A DNA stretch of 64,000 nucleotides from Macrostomum hystrix (taxonomy: Eukaryota > Animalia > Platyhelminthes), in NCBI GenBank assembly GCA_950097015.1, contig CATNEN010000029.1:62001-126000 (forward strand), written 5' to 3'. This document shows, piece after piece, positions 57,800-64,000 of the stretch; within the stretch, counting starts at the first letter, position 1; every line of letters begins with the position of its first letter. The translations under genes were made by a program, and so were the position numbers. The notes below the pieces were generated by a model that was not told where the DNA came from, ran no database searches, and worked only from the letters and a program-made list of their open reading frames with translations.

Positions 57800-58757
57800 C
57801 TTTAGTCTCAAAGTTCTTTAGTCCCAAAGTTCTTTAGTCCTGAAGTTCTTTAGTCCCAAAGTTCTTTAGTCCCAAAGTTCTTTAGTCCCAAAGTTCTTTA
57901 GTCCCAAAGTTCTTTAGTCCTGAAGTTCTTTAGTCCCAAAGTTCTTTAGTCCCAAAGTTCTTTAGTCCCAAAGTTCTTTAGTCCCAAAGTTCTTTAGTCC
58001 TGAAGTTCTTTAGTCCCAAAGTTATTTAGTCCCAAAGTTATTTAGTCCCAAAGTTATTTAGTCCCAAAGTTCTTTAGTCCCAAAGTTATTTAGTCCCAAA
58101 GTTATTTAGTCCCAAAGTTATTTTAGTCCCAAAGTTATTTAGTCCCAAAGTTATTTAGTCCCAAAGTTATTTAGTCCTGAAGTTCTTTAGTCCCAAAGTT
58201 CTTTAGTCCCAAAGTTCTTTAGTCCCAAAGTTCTTTAGTCCCAAAGTTCTTTAGTCCCAAAGTTCTTTAGTCCTGAAGTTCTTTAGTCCCAAAGTTATTT
58301 AGTCCCAAAGTTATTTAGTCCCAAAGTTATTTAGTCCCAAAGTTATTTAGTCCCAAAGTTCTTTAGTCCCAAAGTTATTTAGTCCCAAAGTTATTTAGTC
58401 CCAAAGTTATTTAGTCCCAAAGTTATTTAGTCCTGAAGTTCTTTAGTCCCAAAGTTCTTTTAGTCCCAAAGTTCTTTAGTCCCAAAGTTCTTTAGTCCCA
58501 AAGTTCTTTAGTCCCAAAGTTCTTTAGTCCCAAAGTTCTTTAGTCCCAAAGTTCTTTAGTCCCAAAGTTCTTTAGTTCCAAAATTCTTTAGTCCCAAAGT
58601 TCTTTAGTCCCAAAGTTCTTTAGTCCCAAAGTTCTTTAGTCTCAAAGTTCTTTAGTCCCAAAGTTCTTTAGTCCCAAAGTTCTTTAGTCTCAAAGTTCTT
58701 TAGTCCCGAATTTCTTTAGTCCCAAATTTCTTTAGTCCCAAAGTTCTTTAGTCCCGA
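57800..58757. repeat. Minisatellite, 16-bp unit TTAGTCCCAAAGTT(C/A)T, about 60 copies
   Basis: Direct periodicity. Confidence 0.96.
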
Positions 58758-59261
58758 AGAAAAAAGCTGCGAATGATGAAACTAATGTCAGACCGAGTTT
58801 ATCCATTCGTGTTATCTCAAATGACGCAATTGCTCAGACAAATATCGCAGAAGGTTAAAACGGAGCTTTTAAAGTAGGAAGGATCTAGCTAGCTAGCTAG
58901 CCAAGTCATAGGTTGAGAGGTCAGAGTTCAAAGTCAATGCCTACAGCTGGCAGTGCAAGTTATAAAATTCTGACTCGACTGTGCCTCGGGTGTGACGGCC
59001 CTACAACACTTATTTGTTAATTTTCACCTCTCAAGACAAAAGTCTTGATCCCAATCAAGACTTATTGCTTTGATTTATTCACAGGAAAATTGCTTTTCCT
59101 GAAATTCTTATTAGAAATCCTACTTGAAGTATAAACATCATCACGCAGTGAAATCCCAATCCATATCTCAACATCTCTTCCCAGTAGAACCGCAGTCCCT
59201 ACTCAATGGAGTTTTAATGCATCCTTCATTATCGATGACATCTCAATTTAAATCCCAAATC

Positions 59262-59590
59262 GATCGAATCCTGATTCTAATCCCAAATCTATCAAATCCT
59301 GATTCTAATCCCAAATCTATCAAATCCTGATTCTAATCCCAAATCTATCAGATCCTGATTCTAATCCCAAATCTATCAGATCCTGATTCTAATCCCAAAT
59401 CGATCAAATCCTGATTCTAATCCCAAATCTATCAAATCCTGACTCTAATCCCAAATCGATCAAATCCTGATTAAAACTCCAAATCGATCAAATCCTGATT
59501 CTAATCCCAAATCTAGCAAATCCTGATTCTAATCCCAAATCTATCAAATCCTGATTCAAACTCCAAATCTACCAAATCCCAGTTCACATC
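59262..59590. repeat. Minisatellite, 28-bp unit AATCCTGATTCTAATCCCAAATCTATCA
   Basis: Direct periodicity. Confidence 0.9.
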
Positions 59591-60094
59591 CCCAATTCAT
59601 AAATACCAACGCAAATCCCAAATCTGTAAAATCCCGATTTATACCTTAAGTCTTTAAAATCCCAGTTCATATCTGATATCTATACAATCCCAATATATAT
59701 CCCAACTCAAATAATCCTAATTTGTTTCGCCACAGAATCACAAATCTGAGTCTGTACTCAACTGACACTTCCTGAGGCATCAGCCTTCAAAAAAGGGTGC
59801 CTTTTCAAGCCATTTTTGTCAGCGATCTTTTTTAAATATGCAGCCTTGCCCCTAAATGGACTATTTAAGTGCTTTTTCGCTCGCTTTGACTGACAACTGC
59901 GGCTGCCGCGACTACCCATTGCCGGACATTCATCAGGCTTTCACTTTCAGCTGTCGCTGTCCTTTTTTAGGGAAATGAAAGTGCAGATGAGGCATTCAAA
60001 ATTGTCGCACCTAAGGTCCACGTTAAATTGGGAACCAATATATACCAGCTGTACCAAAATGTTTAAATTGGCGCTAAATGGAACTTCTATTCCT

Positions 60095-60905
60095 CCACTA
60101 CAATCTCCTGAATCTTTGTCTCCTGAATCTCTCCCTCATGAATCTCTCTCCTGAATCTCGCTCTCCTGAATCTCTCTCTCCTGAAACTCTCTCCTGAATC
60201 TCTCTCTCCTGAATCTCTCTCCTTGTCCCTGTCCTGAATCTCTCTCTCCTGAATCTCTCCCTCCTGAATCTCTCTCCTTATCCCTGTCCTGAATCTCTCT
60301 CTCCTGAATCTCTCTCTCATGAATCTCTCTCCCCAGAAACTCTCTCCTGAATCTCTCTCTCCAGAACCTCTCTCATGCATCCCTGTCCTGAATCTCTCTC
60401 TCCTGAATCTCTCTCCTTATCCCTGTCCTGAATCTCTCTCTCCTGAATCTCTCTCTCCTGAATCTCTCTCCTGAATCCCTCTCCTGAATCTCTCTCCTGA
60501 ATCTCCTTCCTGAATCCGTGTCCTGAATTTCTCTCTCCTGAATCTCTGTCTCCTGAATATCGGTCTCCTGAATCTCTGTCTCCTGAATCTCTCTCTCCTG
60601 AATCTCTCTCTCCTGAATCTCTCTCCTGAATCTCTTTCCTGAATCCGTGTCCTGAATCTCTGTCTCCTGAATCTCTGTCTCCTGAATCACTGTCCAGAAA
60701 ATCTCTCTCCTGAATCTCTTTCCTGAATCCGTGTCCTGTATCTCTGTCTCCTGAATCATTGTCTCCTGAATCTCGGTCTCCTGAATTTCTCTCCCGAATC
60801 TCTGTCTCCTGAATCCCTCTCCTGAATCTCTCTCCTGAAAATCTCTCTCCTGAATCTCTTTCCTGAATCCGCGTCCTGAATCCATGTCTTGAATCTCTTT
60901 CCTGA
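60095..60905. repeat. Degenerate minisatellite, CCTGAATCTCTCT(CT)n, about 13-15-bp unit
   Basis: Recurring CCTGAATC core with variable CT runs. Confidence 0.9.
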
Positions 60906-60907
60906 AT

Positions 60908-61452
60908 CCCTAGAATCCCAATCCATTCCCATTAGAATCACAATATATTCCCATTAGAATCCCAATCCATTCCCATTAGAATCCCAATCCATTCGCATTA
61001 GAATCCCAATCCATTCCCATTAGAGTCCCAATCCATTCCCATTAGATTCCCAATCCATTCCCATTAGAGTCCCAATCCATTCCCATTAGAGTCCCAATCC
61101 ATTCCCATTAGAATCCCAATCCATTCCCATTAGAATCACAATATATTCCCATTAGAATCCCAATCCATTTCCATTAGAATCCCAATCCATTCCCATTAGA
61201 GTCCCAATCCATTCCCATTAGATTCCCAATCCATTCCCATTAGAGTCCCAATCCATTCCCATTAGAATCCCAATCCATTCCCATTAGAGTCCCAATCCAT
61301 TCCCATTAGAGTCCCAATCCGTTCCCATTAGAGTCCCAATCCATTCCCATTAGAATCGCAATCCATTCCCATTGGAATCCCAATCCATTCCCATTAGAGT
61401 CCCAATCCATTCCCATTAGAGTCCCAATCCATTCCCATTAGAGTCCCAATCC
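60908..61452. repeat. Minisatellite, 22-bp unit TAGA(A/G)TCCCAATCCATTCCCAT
   Basis: Direct periodicity. Confidence 0.94.
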
Positions 61453-61652
61453 CCAATCGAAGTCCCCTCTGACTAGAGCCCTGGCATCAATCAAAGTTCA
61501 ATTCAAATTAACAGTATGTAATCTATAAGCCTCCAACCAACTGCGTAACAGACGCGCAGCAGGGAGTAAAAACTATTTAAGCGAGCACTCAATAATTCAA
61601 GCTGGGTGAAAAAGAAAATTCTAGAATTTCATTTCTGGCGCAATGCTAGCAG

Positions 61653-61720
61653 GTGACGTCACTCGCGGGTCCCCAGCCAGCATTCCAGGCGCTGATTTTG
61701 GGCTTCCGAGCTAAAAATAG
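61653..61720. promoter_or_regulatory. Putative enhancer: palindromic CRE GTGACGTCAC (61653-61662) and MEF2 site GAGCTAAAAATAG (61708-61720)
   Basis: Consensus matches in a GC-rich patch 1 kb 3' of the peptide gene. The 13-mer is identical (inverted) to those at 55338 and 63204. Confidence 0.45.
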
Positions 61721-62737
61721 CATCAGCTCAGTGGGCCGCACCCACCCCACCGCCGCAACCCGTGCGACCTCGCAGTTTTTTTCGCCTCTTGGGTGGATAT
61801 TGGGTGACATGAAACTGGCGTTGCCAACGACGCGGTAGCTAAGGGCAATAAAGAATGCCGAAGTAGATTGGAATGCGAATTAGTCTATCAATCCGCTAGT
61901 TGTGAAAATGACTCTAGACTAAAAATTGGAGTTAATGAAAGCCACACAAATTGCTCTCTGCCAGCGATTTGAAAGTAGTTAGCCCCTAGTGCTAAATGCT
62001 AATTATTAACTTGATTTCATTTACTCAAACTTCACCGAGGAAGCATTTGAGTACAGTGTGAGATTGAAATCAAACTGATAAGTCCGAGGGTTCATAGCAG
62101 TTGCACTGCATAGCAGCAAAAGACAGAAGACATTTTATTTGGCCGCATTAAAAACATTGCAGCTTAAAGAAAATGCTTTGTGTTTTCATATTCAGTAGTT
62201 TGAGGCAGAATGTTTTCGCATGCGTTACGTTAAAGTACAGCGTAGGTAACTGCTTCGGAATCGGCCTGAGGCTCAACTAGAAAGCAAGCAAAAATTAAAA
62301 CAAATCAACGATCATATAGTGCAAGAAGTAGTGCTCAAATTGGCGAGCATTAAAATCAGGCATAGACTAAAGTTAATCGACAGTAGAACTTCAAGGCAGC
62401 TGTGCAGAGAGCAAAAGTGCACAATTTTGAGGTCGGCAGGCAGTTTATGTAACGCGATTAATATGCATATGAGAAGGAAAAAACAATATGGAATTTGATT
62501 TAATGAAAACAAAAAATAACCAAGAATAAATCACATTTTTGCTGCGAGTTTTGCATATAGAGAGACTGCGCGACAACTGCGCCACGGAGGCTTCGTTGTA
62601 GTTTGGATTTTCAATTCTCGATCACACTGGCTTGATCAAATCGACTTTTATAGTGACACATCGTTAAAATTGTCCTTCGGTCATGTCTTTGAGCAGGTTG
62701 GCAACCAATCAATCATTGGGATCTGGGACTACTGGAA

Positions 62738-63040
62738 TCAGCACTTCAGCCAGGCTGGCGGAGTCTTGCCCTGCTTCCTATACCTGTTGCACTCGTACGC
62801 TCGCATGAGCACATTCTCAGGTCCGCGCCGCTTCCGGTTGAGCACGGCCTCGCCGACATCCGGGCGCTGCCTCATCAGGTAGATCAGCGATTGCGCAACA
62901 GCCAGACGATTGTCTTCAATCGGTTCGGCGTTCAAATCGAGTAGCAACGCTTTCGAAGGCGACAGGGCGACGGCGTCCAGGACTGGTAGGAGGACCATCG
63001 ATAGCGCCAGACAGAATTGAAGGCCTGTGTTGAGTAGCAT
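62738..63040 (-). CDS. Unrecognised small secreted peptide precursor, 100 aa: signal peptide, acidic pro-region, RKRR site, 28-aa C-terminal peptide with two Cys
   Basis: Hydrophobic N-terminus LQFCLALSMVLLPVLDA. Tetrabasic RKRR at aa 69-72. Mature GPENVLMRAYECNRYRKQGKTPPAWLKC. GC-rich coding-like composition, an upstream TATA box at 63146-63153, and a candidate ATTAAA signal at 62499-62504. Confidence 0.78.
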   Translation of the reverse strand: MLLNTGLQFCLALSMVLLPVLDAVALSPSKALLLDLNAEPIEDNRLAVAQSLIYLMRQRPDVGEAVLNRKRRGPENVLMRAYECNRYRKQGKTPPAWLKC

Positions 63041-63119
63041 AGCTTCGTCAAATAGCTGTCAGTGTTCTCTTGGCTGTGTCTCTAATTGTCTCTCTCTCTC
63101 TCTCTCTCGGTCAAGTGAA

Positions 63120-63292
63120 GTGAACTGGGACTGCCGCCGCTGGCCTATTTATAACCGGCTCCGGGCGGCGGCTGGGGTGTCTGCGCCGGCTTGGAATCGC
63201 CTTCTATTTTTAGCTCCTCCCCCGCCGCCGCCGCCGCCCCCAGTCCGGAGCAGCTGAGGGGCGTGGGAATAGAGCCTTCTAGTCTGACGCAT
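63120..63292 (-). promoter_or_regulatory. Core promoter of the peptide gene: Inr-like CCAGTT (about 63126), TATAAATA (63153-63146), MEF2 (63204-63213), CGTGGGAA CSL-type site (63262-63269), TGACGCAT (63285-63292)
   Basis: Motifs read directly; orientation and spacing fit the downstream ORF. Confidence 0.6.
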
Positions 63293-63363
63293 TTCGCGGC
63301 CAATCGACCCGCTGCAGCGGCAGACTGGACAATCTGGCCCAAGTTTTCAAATGAATGAACCAA

Positions 63364-63759
63364 TGACTCAGGCCCGAAAATGGACTTTGCCAATGCAGGC
63401 GTAGGGGAACCAATAGCGGATAAGTGTGTAGGCAGTCTGCTTTGAAGAAGAGGCTGTGCCTTGTTTACAAAATATAGCTTTCACAAATAAAAAAGCAGTG
63501 CATTCCAACCTAACAAACTGAAATAAAATACTATGGAGAATGCTAAGCGCGGCCACTGATGTCTGCCCCCCCCACTCCGCAACACAGACTTGCGAATTCC
63601 ACACGGCTTTACAATTTTACAATTTACAACCTAGACCAGCCTCGACTTTCTTAATAAGGGCCTTTTTACCCTCCGCTCAGACAGACAATGCTTTAATTAA
63701 TGCATCGAAACTCCCAAGTGAGGTTTTGGGTGAGTCAGGCTTGAGTCAGGCCTGACTCA
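63364..63759. promoter_or_regulatory. AP-1 site cluster: TGA(C/G)TCA at 63364, 63731, 63742 and 63753
   Basis: Four perfect AP-1 heptamers, all extended as TGASTCAGGC; three lie within 29 bp. Confidence 0.55.
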
Positions 63760-64000
63760 TGTCTCACTTCAGCTGCTCATAAGTGTCTAGGGAAGTGTCT
63801 AGTGTTTACATTTTTTTCAGGGAAAATTCAACGTTGTTAGAGAATCAGGCGGAGTGTTGGGAGAACGCCCACAACTTCCTTGGCTAACAGAAATGGGACA
63901 GGGCTCTACCAACAGGCCGCGCCGCCCACGCAGTCCTCCATTTGTCCGATAGCTCCTAGCTGTAGCTAATACCCAAGTTCCAGCGAGTATTAAGCAGCTT

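Overview
Eukaryotic (metazoan) genomic DNA with GC-rich exons and AT-rich introns and spacers. About 28 tandem arrays, mostly unrelated to one another, cover roughly a third of the window. The style fits a free-living flatworm such as Macrostomum; this is an inference and cannot be verified here. In order, the window holds: the 3' end of an ionotropic glutamate receptor-type gene; two near-identical tandem RPL32-like genes (one frameshifted); a complete, young Ty3/Gypsy (Mag-like) LTR retrotransposon with one 1320-aa gag-pol ORF; SARAF (3 exons); KEAP1 (4 exons, 612 aa); a divergent eIF5A paralog (2 exons); a Delta-type Notch ligand rebuilt by hand over 10 exons (764 aa); and a single-exon 100-aa secreted peptide precursor that I do not recognise. 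Most ORFs in the track are repeat artefacts or antisense shadows. Best leads: (1) the retrotransposon LTR carries three perfect heat-shock elements directly upstream of a TATA box, suggesting a heat-activated element; (2) the signal/pro/RKRR/28-aa disulfide peptide precursor, whose promoter has TATA, MEF2, CRE-like, CSL and clustered AP-1 motifs, with parts of this module repeated at two nearby sites; (3) the eIF5A paralog with an altered hypusine loop; (4) the KEAP1 sensor-cysteine pattern and heat-shock elements amplified by a minisatellite in its first intron. All exon models are manual predictions from splice signals and protein motifs, without transcript evidence.
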